A stretch of 64,000 bases of DNA from Bacilli bacterium (GTDB taxonomy: Bacteria > Bacillota_I > Bacilli_A > RF39 > UBA660): assembly GCA_046704245.1 (NCBI GenBank), contig JBJKSD010000019.1, positions 11,708 through 75,707 of the forward strand, in the 5' to 3' direction. Shown here piece by piece: positions 8,563 to 17,814 of this stretch (positions are counted from its first letter, which is position 1; each line of letters begins with the position of its first letter). The position numbers and the translations under genes are program-made. Below the pieces are notes generated by a model. It ran no database searches. It was not told where the DNA came from and saw only the letters and a program-made list of their open reading frames with translations.

Positions 8563-10281
8563 ATGGAAAAAGTTGATGAAGAGGTTTTTATGTTAAAAGA
8601 GATTAAGATAGAAGTAACTGATTTATGTGATCGCTTTTGTAAACATTGTTCTAGTAATGCTACATATAAACGTGATAATTATCAAAGTTTATCATGTGTT
8701 TTAGTTTATCGAATTATTGATGAAGCTAGTCAAATGGGAGTAGAAAGTATAGCTTTTACAGGTGGTGAAGCTACTTTATGGCCTTATTTAATTGATGCTA
8801 TTAAGTATGCAACTAATAAAGGAATTGAAACTAAATTATATACGATGTGTTATCGTACTGATAGTAATCTAGAGTTATTAGAACAATTAGTAAATAATGG
8901 TCTTAGTGAAATTATTTATTCTACTACAGCTGATGATTTAGCAGTAGAAGATACAATTTCTATATATTCTATAGTATCTTTTATGGAAAAGTTACAATCT
9001 AGGGTTGATTTTAAATTAAGTTTTCATCATGTTATTACTGCTGAAACACTTACTAAAATAGATGATGTATGCCATATATACGATGAATTATCTACTAATA
9101 GTAAATTTAAAGGTAAGATAGGTTTTTTAAGATTTGTACCTCATGGTAGAGGAACAATGGACTTAATATTAAATAAAAAACAATGGTATAACTTTAGAAA
9201 TAAAATTATTCAATTAAGAGAAAAATATGGCGATAATCATATTAAAATTGGATCACCTCATAATCCATTATGTATATCTCATTCTGAATGTACAGCTGCT
9301 GATGAAACAATGATAATTGGTTTTAATGGCGAAGCTTATCCATGTGATGCAATGAAATATTTTGAAGCTGTTGGTTTGGGTGGTAATATCTATGAAAAAA
9401 GTCTAATAGATATCTATAATTCTTTATATTTTAAAAAAGTAAGAAATGTTAAAGTATATGTCAGTGAACAATGTAAGAAATGTAATGGTTTTACTATTTG
9501 TAAAGGTGGATGTTTGGGGCAAAAAATAATCTATTGTTTTAATCCAGATCGGTTAAAAACTTTTGAATGGTATCAAACTAATGCCAAAAGATCGATGAAT
9601 AATTTTAATAATGAAGAAATGATTATTAATGCTGAGATGGGATTAAGCGGGGAAACGGGAGCTTTAATAGATGATCTAAAAAGAGAATATACGCATAGTT
9701 TAACAGCAGAATATAAAGCTTTACTACGCGATAAGATGGCTACTAAAGTTGGAGATATAATATGGTATATAGCAGCACCATTATGTTCACAGTATAATTT
9801 AACGTTAGATGAAATTGTCGATAATATACTAAATAAACCACCACAAGGCCCATATTTATTATGTGATAATGATTTAGTTAAACATTGTGCTAAACAACCA
9901 GATCCTATTTGTATAAAAGATTATAATAGAGGTAAAAACAAGATAGTAGACTTTGATAAGTATATTGAAGATCAAGATCAAGCATTTGACCCTAAAACTA
10001 AGTGGAAAGAAATTGATGATATGTCATATCTACTACGAAATACTGATGGTAGTAGAGAAGAAGTAATAAAAAGAGCAGGAGCATTATTAATAACATTAAC
10101 CCGATTTTCTCATCGTCATTTAGGGGTATCTTTACAAGAAGTTTTAACGCAAAACGTTATCAAGTTGCAAAAACGTTATCCAACTGGTTTTAATGATGAA
10201 GTAGCAAATAGAAGAGTCAAAAGAGAAATAGAACAAAAATTAAGTGAAGAAGTAAAACCTAAAACCTTAGTATTAAATTAA
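8563..10281 (+). CDS. radical SAM / SPASM-domain protein fused to two MazG-like nucleotide pyrophosphohydrolase-type helical repeats
   Basis: The radical SAM cluster is CDRFCKHC (CxxxCxxC). The auxiliary-cluster region is CDAMKYF...CKKCNGFTICKGGC, which is SPASM/twitch-like. The C-terminal ~200 aa contain MazG-like motifs (GLSGETGALIDDLKRE...GDIIWYIAAPL and a second repeat EEVIKRAGALLITLTRFSHRHLGVSLQEVLTQNVIKLQKRY). The start may instead be the internal ATG at 8590 (MLKEIKIEV). Confidence 0.6.
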   Translation: MEKVDEEVFMLKEIKIEVTDLCDRFCKHCSSNATYKRDNYQSLSCVLVYRIIDEASQMGVESIAFTGGEATLWPYLIDAIKYATNKGIETKLYTMCYRTDSNLELLEQLVNNGLSEIIYSTTADDLAVEDTISIYSIVSFMEKLQSRVDFKLSFHHVITAETLTKIDDVCHIYDELSTNSKFKGKIGFLRFVPHGRGTMDLILNKKQWYNFRNKIIQLREKYGDNHIKIGSPHNPLCISHSECTAADETMIIGFNGEAYPCDAMKYFEAVGLGGNIYEKSLIDIYNSLYFKKVRNVKVYVSEQCKKCNGFTICKGGCLGQKIIYCFNPDRLKTFEWYQTNAKRSMNNFNNEEMIINAEMGLSGETGALIDDLKREYTHSLTAEYKALLRDKMATKVGDIIWYIAAPLCSQYNLTLDEIVDNILNKPPQGPYLLCDNDLVKHCAKQPDPICIKDYNRGKNKIVDFDKYIEDQDQAFDPKTKWKEIDDMSYLLRNTDGSREEVIKRAGALLITLTRFSHRHLGVSLQEVLTQNVIKLQKRYPTGFNDEVANRRVKREIEQKLSEEVKPKTLVLN

Positions 10282-10310
10282 AAAAGAATATAAAATATAT
10301 TCTTTTTTTG
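10281..10310 (+). terminator. Rho-independent terminator (AGAATATAAAATATATTCT plus T7)
   Basis: Inverted repeat and T-run. Confidence 0.5.
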
Positions 10311-10329
10311 TGCTATAATATCAATATAA

Positions 10330-10677
10330 TTGGAGGCAGCAATGAAGACTGAAGATTATTTAAATAAGATGGTAAATGTTATAATTGAAAGACCAATTGA
10401 TAGTATCCATCCAGATAAAGGGTTTAAATACCTAGTTAATTATGGATATATACCTAATACTATAGGTCGTGATGGTGAAGCTATCGATGCCTATATATTA
10501 GGAATAGATAAACCGATAAAAGAATATAAAGGTAAATGTATTGCGATTATTAAACGATTAGATGATGAAGATGATAAATTAATAGTGGTGCCAATTGATA
10601 AAGATTATACCAATGAAGAGATAATAAAAGCTATTAATTTTAGAGAAAAAGAATATAAATCTGAATTAATTAGATAA
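10330..10677 (+). CDS. short family-I inorganic pyrophosphatase-like protein
   Basis: NYGYIPNTIGRDGEAIDAYILG resembles the PPase core NYGYI..T...DGDP.DVLV. The ORF is only 115 aa, shorter than canonical Ppa. Confidence 0.5.
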   Translation: MEAAMKTEDYLNKMVNVIIERPIDSIHPDKGFKYLVNYGYIPNTIGRDGEAIDAYILGIDKPIKEYKGKCIAIIKRLDDEDDKLIVVPIDKDYTNEEIIKAINFREKEYKSELIR

Positions 10678-10706
10678 AAAAAAGAAGATTAATCTTCTTT
10701 TTTTAT
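10676..10706. terminator. bidirectional Rho-independent terminator (AAAGAAGATTAATCTTCTTT flanked by A/T runs)
   Basis: Palindrome between two convergent genes. Confidence 0.55.
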
Positions 10707-11587
10707 GCGGCTGTATGTACTTCATAAGCATCTGTTACTACAAAGAAGGCTTCTTCATCAATTTCAGCAATACCCTCTTTTAATTTAAAGTAATCTTTTG
10801 TTGGAATAATACACATTAATACTTTTACTTGTTTACCACTATAACCACCATGAGCATCTAAAACGGTAATACCTCGCGATAAATTCTCTAAGATAAAGGC
10901 TTGGACCTCTTCTTCTTTAGATGTAATAATATAGAAAGCTTTACTACTTGATATACCTAATATTACTTTATCGGTCATAATACTAATTATATATAGAGCA
11001 ATAATACCATACATTACTATTTCTGGTCCTAAAACTAGACCACTGCCCAATACAATTAAACCATCAGTCATGAGCATAGCTTGACCAATTGATACTTTTA
11101 AATATTTATGAACTATTTGGTTTAAAATATCAGTACCACCAGTAGTAAAACCACCTTTAAATATCAATCCAGCCCCTAAACCATTAATTAATGATCCAAA
11201 GACAGCCATCAATAATAAATCATTTTGCTGTAAAGTAATATAACTGCCAATATTTTCAGTTAACTTAACAAATACTGGGAATAAAATGGAACCCAATACG
11301 GAGTTAAGCGTCTTCTTTTTACCTAATAATATAGCACTACATGCTAATAAGAACATCGATGACCAGAAAATAAAAGTAGCAGGGTCAGTACCAAATAATC
11401 TCCTAATGATAATAGATAAACCAGATACTCCTCCATATACGATTTCACTAGGTAATAGGAATAAGTTAAAAGATATAGCAATTAATATTAAACCTAGTAT
11501 AAGAGTAAAGCCCCTTTGAAGTCGATTCTTTTCACCAATTCTTTTCAATATTTCTTCAGAACTTCTATGTCTATTCCATATATTCAT
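10703..11587 (-). CDS. YitT family membrane protein (DUF161 plus DUF2179)
   Basis: 294-aa polytopic protein with the typical YitT layout: N-terminal TM domain (GGVSGLSIII, GGFTTGGTDIL) and a C-terminal soluble DUF2179-like region. Confidence 0.65.
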   Translation of the reverse strand: MNIWNRHRSSEEILKRIGEKNRLQRGFTLILGLILIAISFNLFLLPSEIVYGGVSGLSIIIRRLFGTDPATFIFWSSMFLLACSAILLGKKKTLNSVLGSILFPVFVKLTENIGSYITLQQNDLLLMAVFGSLINGLGAGLIFKGGFTTGGTDILNQIVHKYLKVSIGQAMLMTDGLIVLGSGLVLGPEIVMYGIIALYIISIMTDKVILGISSSKAFYIITSKEEEVQAFILENLSRGITVLDAHGGYSGKQVKVLMCIIPTKDYFKLKEGIAEIDEEAFFVVTDAYEVHTAA

Positions 11588-11707
11588 ATTTTACCTCTTC
11601 TATTATAAATATATCTTATAAATGTATTATATCATAATAATATTCAATATTAAGTAATAAATAATTAAATTGACAAATATATATATGGGTTATAGAATAT
11701 TATTAGA

Positions 11708-12304
11708 ATGGGAGGAATATTTATGTTAGATAATATCAAGAAAGTAATACCTAATATTATCACAACGATTAGATTATTATTAGCACTAAGTATTCCCTTT
11801 ATATTCTTACAAGGGTATATTAAATTATCGATTGTTATTTTTATAATAGCTGCTTTAAGTGATGCTTTAGATGGTTATTTAGCTAGAAAATGGAATACTA
11901 TTTCCATGTATGGTAAAATAATTGATCCACTAGCTGATAAATTCTTAAGTATCGGGATCTTAATTCTTATTGCTATCAAAATTAATCCTATTTTATTTAT
12001 ACCATTATTGATGGAAGCCTTTATTATGGCTATAGCATTAGTTACTTATAGAAGTAGTCGTAAAATAGATATTGAAATTATAGGTAAAATAAAGACTGGA
12101 GTATTATTTCCAACAGTAGCTATTGGGTTAATTTCTTATCTTTATCCAACATGGGAAATAGCTATAGCACCTCTAATAGGAATTACTGCTATATTACAAA
12201 TATTAGCTATAAGAGAATATGCTAAAAGGTTATTTTATACGAGAGATGATCAAACTATTATTATTGAAGAAGATCAAACAATAACTATAGTTGATAAACA
12301 ATAG
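11708..12304 (+). CDS. pgsA: CDP-alcohol phosphatidyltransferase (PgsA-like)
   Basis: DALDGYLARKWN...GKIIDPLADK matches the CDP-OH phosphotransferase motif D-x2-DG-x2-AR...G-x3-D-x3-D. Confidence 0.7.
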   Translation: MGGIFMLDNIKKVIPNIITTIRLLLALSIPFIFLQGYIKLSIVIFIIAALSDALDGYLARKWNTISMYGKIIDPLADKFLSIGILILIAIKINPILFIPLLMEAFIMAIALVTYRSSRKIDIEIIGKIKTGVLFPTVAIGLISYLYPTWEIAIAPLIGITAILQILAIREYAKRLFYTRDDQTIIIEEDQTITIVDKQ

Positions 12305-12326
12305 TCGATAGACTATTGTTTTTATT
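12295..12326 (+). terminator. Rho-independent terminator (AACAATAGTCGATAGACTATTGTT plus T-run)
   Basis: Inverted repeat overlapping the pgsA stop. Confidence 0.5.
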
Positions 12327-12630
12327 TTATGATATAATGAAATATATATTTGGAGGGAATATAATGAAATTATTATGCTTTGGAGCTACATGGTGTGCTA
12401 GTTGCTTAATAATGAGACCAAGAATTAAAGAATTAGAACAAGAAGTACCTGATATTGAAGTTATCTATTATGATTATGATAGTAATCGTGATGAAGTTAA
12501 AAGATGGAATGTAAAAGATACCTTGCCTACTTTTATCTTTGTTGATAAAGATAATAAAGAGATTACTCGCATGATGGGTGAAAAATCAATTGAGGTATTT
12601 AAAAAAATAATAAACGAACATAAAGATTAA
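12316..12630 (+). CDS. thioredoxin-like protein (CxxC = CASC)
   Basis: 104 aa. The GATWCASC motif sits in a thioredoxin-fold context. Confidence 0.55.
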   Translation: MFLFYDIMKYIFGGNIMKLLCFGATWCASCLIMRPRIKELEQEVPDIEVIYYDYDSNRDEVKRWNVKDTLPTFIFVDKDNKEITRMMGEKSIEVFKKIINEHKD

Positions 12631-12654
12631 TAATTAGAGCGGCGAGGGATAGTA

Positions 12655-13854
12655 ATGTTTAAACATTTGACAAGAATATTATTGTGTATATTATTTATTT
12701 ATATATTGATGCCAACAGTAGAAGCTAAAAATAAAGTTAATCTATATTTATTTTGGGGTAATGGATGCCCTCATTGTAAAGATGAAAAAGTATATTTAGA
12801 ACAATTAAAAGATAAATATCCAGGACTAAATATATATGAGTATGAAGTTTGGTACAATCAAGATAATCAACAATTATTAAAAAATGTAGCTAAATTATTA
12901 AATGCCAAAATAGAAGGAGTTCCTTTTACTGTTATAGGTAATAATACCTTTAGTGGTTTTTCCCTTGACCAATCACCACCTCAATTTGAACAGACAATCG
13001 AATATTATATTGAAAATGGATGTCATGATTTAGTTGGTGAAATGTTAGGCAAAGTTAATAGTGAGGATAAGAATGAAAATAAATACTGTGATACTGATAA
13101 AGATTATAGTATAGTAAGCGTCCCTTTTATAGGAAAAGTAAATTTAAATGATATGTCGTTACCAATAATAACCATTATTTTTGGTTTATTAGATGGCTTT
13201 AATCCATGTGCTATGTGGGTACTATTATTTTTAATTAGTACTTTAATAGGTATGCATGATCGTAAAAAGATGTGGCTTTTAGGTTTAACTTTTATTCTTA
13301 CCTCAGCATTAATGTATCTATTATTTATGGGTGCTTGGTTAAATATAATGCTATATATAGGGGCTTTACTATGGATTAGAATATTAATAGCTTCAGTAGC
13401 ATTAATAGGTGGAGGGGTTAATCTTAGAGCTTATTGTAATACCAAAGATGATGGTTGTAAGGTCGTGGATGATAAAAAACGCGATAAGATCTTTGATAAG
13501 ATAACTAAATTTACTCATGAGAAGAGCTTCTTACTAGCTATTATAGGTATAATTTTATTAGCTATATCAGTTAATTTTATTGAACTATTATGTTCGGCAG
13601 GATTACCGGTAGTATATACTCAAATATTAGCATTAAATAATATCTCAGGATTAGGATATTATTGGTATTTATTATTATATATATTGTTCTTTATGTTAGA
13701 TGATATTGTTATATTTATTATTGCTATGATAACATTACAACTAACAGGTATATCTACTAAGTACGTTAAATATTCACACTTGATAGGTGGTATATTGATG
13801 TTATTGATAGGAATATTATTATTATTTAAACCAGGATGGTTAATGTTCGGATAA
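12655..13854 (+). CDS. membrane thiol-disulfide oxidoreductase: N-terminal thioredoxin-like domain (CPHC) fused to a DsbD/CcdA-like transmembrane domain
   Basis: Signal peptide, WGNGCPHCKDE thioredoxin motif, then a polytopic domain with TM cysteines (FNPCAMWV, LLCSAGLP) typical of CcdA/DsbD electron-transfer cores. Confidence 0.55.
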   Translation: MFKHLTRILLCILFIYILMPTVEAKNKVNLYLFWGNGCPHCKDEKVYLEQLKDKYPGLNIYEYEVWYNQDNQQLLKNVAKLLNAKIEGVPFTVIGNNTFSGFSLDQSPPQFEQTIEYYIENGCHDLVGEMLGKVNSEDKNENKYCDTDKDYSIVSVPFIGKVNLNDMSLPIITIIFGLLDGFNPCAMWVLLFLISTLIGMHDRKKMWLLGLTFILTSALMYLLFMGAWLNIMLYIGALLWIRILIASVALIGGGVNLRAYCNTKDDGCKVVDDKKRDKIFDKITKFTHEKSFLLAIIGIILLAISVNFIELLCSAGLPVVYTQILALNNISGLGYYWYLLLYILFFMLDDIVIFIIAMITLQLTGISTKYVKYSHLIGGILMLLIGILLLFKPGWLMFG

Positions 13855-13872
13855 TAATAGGAAGTTGGTAGT

Positions 13873-14697
13873 ATGGAAATAAAACATGTTAGTCAATTAA
13901 AAGGCTATATGCGACAAGAAACAAAGGCTTTAAAGATTAATAGCATTTCGGGTTATACATATTATTTTTGTAGACAGTTTTTAGAACGACTATATAAAAC
14001 AACCCCTGATTATTTTGTTTTAGCTGGTTCGTTTGCTCAGTTTGCCTATACGGGTGTAACTAGACCTCTCACTGATATAGATGCTTGTAGTAAAACCGTA
14101 GAAGAAGGGCTTGATCTTATTAGGTTAGCTATTGATGATAGCAAACGTGATCCTATATCTTTTTCATTAAAAGAGATATTTATTACAACAAACGATACAG
14201 CGTGTTTAAGGATATTGTGTAATTTTGAACATATGCAACATGCAATTGGTTTAGATATTAAAGCAGAACCTTATTATTCTTTAAATAGAAGACAATTGCC
14301 AGTTCTATTTAGTCAAGATAAACCTGTAGAAGTTAATGTTATTAGTTTAGAAGAACACATGGCTAGGAAATTAATGAGTGTATGTATACGATTACAATTA
14401 TATAAGAATGGTAAAAAGTTTAAAAGATTTAAGGATTTTTATGACATAGATGATATGGTTAAACACTCAAACTTAGATATGGATGAAGTAATAAGATATG
14501 CGGCCCTTTTTAATGAAAAGGAACAAATTAATATTGAACCAGAGATATTAGATGAAGATTTTATGGTAAAAAATCAATCAATATGGGAAGCAGAGGCAAA
14601 AGAATATCAATTTAAAGATCCTAATTTTGTTGCAACAGTAACATGTGTTAAAAATTTATTAGAGCAAATAGCTATTAATCAAAAGAAAACAAGATAA
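13873..14697 (+). CDS. nucleotidyltransferase of the AbiEii/DUF1814-like family (orphan)
   Basis: YFVLAGSFAQFAYTGVTRPLTDIDAC resembles the AbiEii NTase motif (GG.A....G..R.T.DID). No AbiEi-like partner is adjacent. Confidence 0.35.
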   Translation: MEIKHVSQLKGYMRQETKALKINSISGYTYYFCRQFLERLYKTTPDYFVLAGSFAQFAYTGVTRPLTDIDACSKTVEEGLDLIRLAIDDSKRDPISFSLKEIFITTNDTACLRILCNFEHMQHAIGLDIKAEPYYSLNRRQLPVLFSQDKPVEVNVISLEEHMARKLMSVCIRLQLYKNGKKFKRFKDFYDIDDMVKHSNLDMDEVIRYAALFNEKEQINIEPEILDEDFMVKNQSIWEAEAKEYQFKDPNFVATVTCVKNLLEQIAINQKKTR

Positions 14698-14813
14698 TTT
14701 ACACAAATGTAAATTAAATGACAAAGGTTGACAAAAAAAGATACTCATATAGAGTATCTTTTTTATGTCGAATAATTTAAATGTTAAAAAAATATAATGG
14801 TATAGATTAAGAG

Positions 14814-15746
14814 GTGTATATGAAAATTAAAATTGGGATACCTAGAGCATTTCTATATTATAAATATAAAGATTTATGGATAACTTTTTTTAAAGAGTTA
14901 GATTGTGAAATTATTTTAAGCCCTGAATCTAATAAAGAAATATTAAAAAAGGGAATAGAATATTCGATTGATGAAAGTTGTTTATCATCTAAAATATATA
15001 TGGGACATATTTATTCTTTAATAGGTAAAGTAGATTATATATTGGTACCAAGATTTTGTAATTTTGGATTTAAAGAAACTGTATGTACTAAGTTTAATGC
15101 TATGTACGATATAGTAAAGAATACTTTTAAAGAGATTAAGATAATTAATTATGATGTTGATGTTTTAAAAAGACGAACTGAATTTAAAGGCTTTATTAAG
15201 ATGGGTTTAAAGTTAAAGAAAAATATTTTTAAAATAGTGATAGCTTACATAAAAGCTAGAAAAAAATATCGTGACAAGATAGTTAAAAATTATTTAGAAC
15301 AACACCAATTAATTAATAATAATAAATTAAAAATGTTAATAGTATCACACCCTTATAATAGTTATGATAAATTAACTGGTTTTCCCATTATTAAATATTT
15401 AAAAGAATTAGATATCTTACCTATATATGCTGATCTAGCTCCTGAAGAAGAATGTATTATAAGATCTAAATTAATAACTAGTACTTTACAGTGGACCTAT
15501 AGTAAACATTTAATTGGAGCTATTGATTATTATAGAGATAAAATAGATGGTATTATTTTTATTTCAACTTTTCCTTGTGGACCTGATTCGTTAGTTAATG
15601 AATTATGTATTAGAAAAATAAAAGATCTACCTATTTTAAATATTGTCTTAGATGAATTACAGAGTGAAGTAGGATTACAGACGAGAATTGAAAGCTTTAT
15701 TGATATTATAAATGCTAAAAAGAAAAGGAATATGATATATGAATAA
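14814..15746 (+). CDS. CoA-substrate-specific enzyme activase-associated protein (DUF2229-like)
   Basis: First gene of a three-gene set that ends in a BadF/BcrA/HgdC-type ATPase. The FISTFPCGPDS motif is typical of the activase-associated domain. Confidence 0.45.
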   Translation: MYMKIKIGIPRAFLYYKYKDLWITFFKELDCEIILSPESNKEILKKGIEYSIDESCLSSKIYMGHIYSLIGKVDYILVPRFCNFGFKETVCTKFNAMYDIVKNTFKEIKIINYDVDVLKRRTEFKGFIKMGLKLKKNIFKIVIAYIKARKKYRDKIVKNYLEQHQLINNNKLKMLIVSHPYNSYDKLTGFPIIKYLKELDILPIYADLAPEEECIIRSKLITSTLQWTYSKHLIGAIDYYRDKIDGIIFISTFPCGPDSLVNELCIRKIKDLPILNIVLDELQSEVGLQTRIESFIDIINAKKKRNMIYE

Positions 15747-16833
15747 GAAAAAAATATTAAGTTTTCCCCATATGGGAAGTTATCATGTACCAATTGCTTT
15801 TTTAGCGACTAATGTCTTTGATATGAAAGTCATGAAAGCACCACCCATTACTAAGAAAACTTTAGAATTAGGTTCTAAATATAGTCCAGATTTTGTATGT
15901 GTACCTTTTAAATATAATTTAGGTAACTTTATTGAAGCTTTAGATAATGGTGCTAATGTATTAGCACAAGCTGTAGGAGGATGTCGCTTTAGTTATTATG
16001 CTGAAGTTCAAGAACAAATATTAAGAGATCTAGGTTATGAATTTGAGTTTGCTAATATTGTACCTCCCAATAAAATTACGCCATTATCTATTTATCATCA
16101 ATTTAAAAAATTAAATCCTAAACTGTCTATTATTCGATTAGCGTATTATTTCTATATTACTTATCGGATGTTTAAGATGATTGAATATATTGAAGATTAT
16201 ATGCGTAAGAATATGGGATTTGAAATAAAGGAGGGGGAATTTGAAGAGCTACATAAAGCTTTTTTAAAAGAATTAGAAACAGTTAAATATAATAAACAAT
16301 TAACTAAAATATATCATAAGTATAAGAAATTATTTAAAGGTATACCTATTGATAAACCTAAGAATTGTATGAAGGTGGGTATTATTGGTGAACTATATAC
16401 GGAGATGGAACAATTTAGTAGTTGTAATATTGAAAAAGAATTAGCCAAGAAAGGGGTAGAGGTTACTAGGATAACCACCATTACTTATTTATTATTTACT
16501 AAACCGCGTAAATTTAAAAAAATATTAAGAAGAGCTAATAAATATTTAAAATATCATATTGGAGCGGATGGTACTGATAGTATTGCGAAATCGATGACTT
16601 TTGTAAAAGAAGGCTACGATGGTATTATTCATTCTAAACCTTTTGCGTGTACCCCCGAAGTAAATGCTATGCCCATGTTACAAAATTTAAGTAAGGATTA
16701 TAATATTCCTATTCTATATTTTAGTTTTGATTCACAGACTGCTGAGGGAGGTGTCATAACTCGATTAGAAGCTTTCTATGACATGTTAAAGATGAGAAGG
16801 GAGAAATATGAAAAGAGCTTATTTAGGGGTTGA
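15739..16833 (+). CDS. 2-hydroxyacyl-CoA dehydratase (HgdB/D-component-like) family protein
   Basis: 364 aa. Its architecture and position between DUF2229 and the activase ATPase are the usual arrangement. No direct catalytic motif was confirmed. Confidence 0.45.
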   Translation: MNKKKILSFPHMGSYHVPIAFLATNVFDMKVMKAPPITKKTLELGSKYSPDFVCVPFKYNLGNFIEALDNGANVLAQAVGGCRFSYYAEVQEQILRDLGYEFEFANIVPPNKITPLSIYHQFKKLNPKLSIIRLAYYFYITYRMFKMIEYIEDYMRKNMGFEIKEGEFEELHKAFLKELETVKYNKQLTKIYHKYKKLFKGIPIDKPKNCMKVGIIGELYTEMEQFSSCNIEKELAKKGVEVTRITTITYLLFTKPRKFKKILRRANKYLKYHIGADGTDSIAKSMTFVKEGYDGIIHSKPFACTPEVNAMPMLQNLSKDYNIPILYFSFDSQTAEGGVITRLEAFYDMLKMRREKYEKSLFRG

Positions 16834-17755
16834 TGTTGGTTCTATATCAACTAAGGGGGTTATTATTGATGATAATAATAATATTCTAGCTGAAGAATAT
16901 TTATGGACTGAAGGTAATCCAATATTAGCAGTACGTAATTTAATTAGGTCATTAAAAGAGCAGATAAATAATATTAAAGTAGTATCAGTAGGTACTACTG
17001 GTTCAGCTAGAAAGTTAATTGGTACAGTACTAGAAGCCCAAGTAATAAAAAACGAAATAACAGCTCATGCAATTGGAACCTTATCGTTATTTCCTGACGT
17101 TAAAACTATTTTTGAAATAGGAGGTCAAGATTCAAAAATAATTCTTATTGATGATGGTATTATTATTGACTATGCAATGAATACTTTATGTGCTGCTGGT
17201 ACAGGATCTTTCTTATCATCACAAGCGAGAAGATTAGGAATAGCAGTAGAAGATTTTGGTAAGTATGCTTTACAAGCTACTAATCCTACTAAGATTGCTG
17301 CTCGTTGTACAGTCTTTGCCGAATCAGATTTAGTTCATAAAATGCAGATGGGACATAATAAAGAAGATATTGTTGCGGGTTTATGTCGAGCCGTCGTAAT
17401 GAATTATTTAAATAATGTCGGTAAAGGTAAGAATATAAAACCACCTATTGTTTTTCAAGGTGGAGTAAGTAAAAATATTGGCGTTATTAAAGCTTTTGAA
17501 GACATAGTGGGTGAAAAAATATATGTCGATAATAAAGGACATCTTATGGGAGCTTTAGGAGTAGCTATTTTAGCCAAGGATTCGCATTTAGTTAAAGATT
17601 TTAAATTTGATATTATCAATATCAAGTTTGAAACAAGAGGGATAGAGTGCCATAAATGCCCTAATAATTGTGAAATAATGTGTGTCTATAAAGATCAAAA
17701 ATTAATAGATGCTTGGGGTAATAGATGTGAAAATGGTACCATAATAAAAGTATAA
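16808..17755 (+). CDS. BadF/BadG/BcrA/BcrD-type ATPase (CoA-enzyme activase, HgdC-like) with a C-terminal Cys-rich tail
   Basis: N-terminal acetate/sugar-kinase-fold motif LGVDVGSISTKGVII, the internal GTTGSARK and AGTGSF motifs of the activase family, and a C-terminal CHKCPNNCEIMC...C cluster. Confidence 0.65.
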   Translation: MKRAYLGVDVGSISTKGVIIDDNNNILAEEYLWTEGNPILAVRNLIRSLKEQINNIKVVSVGTTGSARKLIGTVLEAQVIKNEITAHAIGTLSLFPDVKTIFEIGGQDSKIILIDDGIIIDYAMNTLCAAGTGSFLSSQARRLGIAVEDFGKYALQATNPTKIAARCTVFAESDLVHKMQMGHNKEDIVAGLCRAVVMNYLNNVGKGKNIKPPIVFQGGVSKNIGVIKAFEDIVGEKIYVDNKGHLMGALGVAILAKDSHLVKDFKFDIINIKFETRGIECHKCPNNCEIMCVYKDQKLIDAWGNRCENGTIIKV

Positions 17756-17814
17756 AAACAAACGCAAGTTTGTTTTTTTATAGTATAATAACTGTTAGGA
17801 AGGCAGGGATATAT

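Noticed and set aside
8387-8596. 69-aa ORF bridging 7996..8502 and the rSAM gene
   Set aside because: It lies out of frame across the end of one gene and the intergenic region, has no SD, and has low-complexity composition.
11286-11519. 77-aa plus-strand ORF inside the YitT gene (minus strand)
   Set aside because: It is antisense to a well-supported membrane protein gene.
15530-15793. 87-aa minus-strand ORF at the junction of the activase-associated genes
   Set aside because: It is an antisense shadow ORF.
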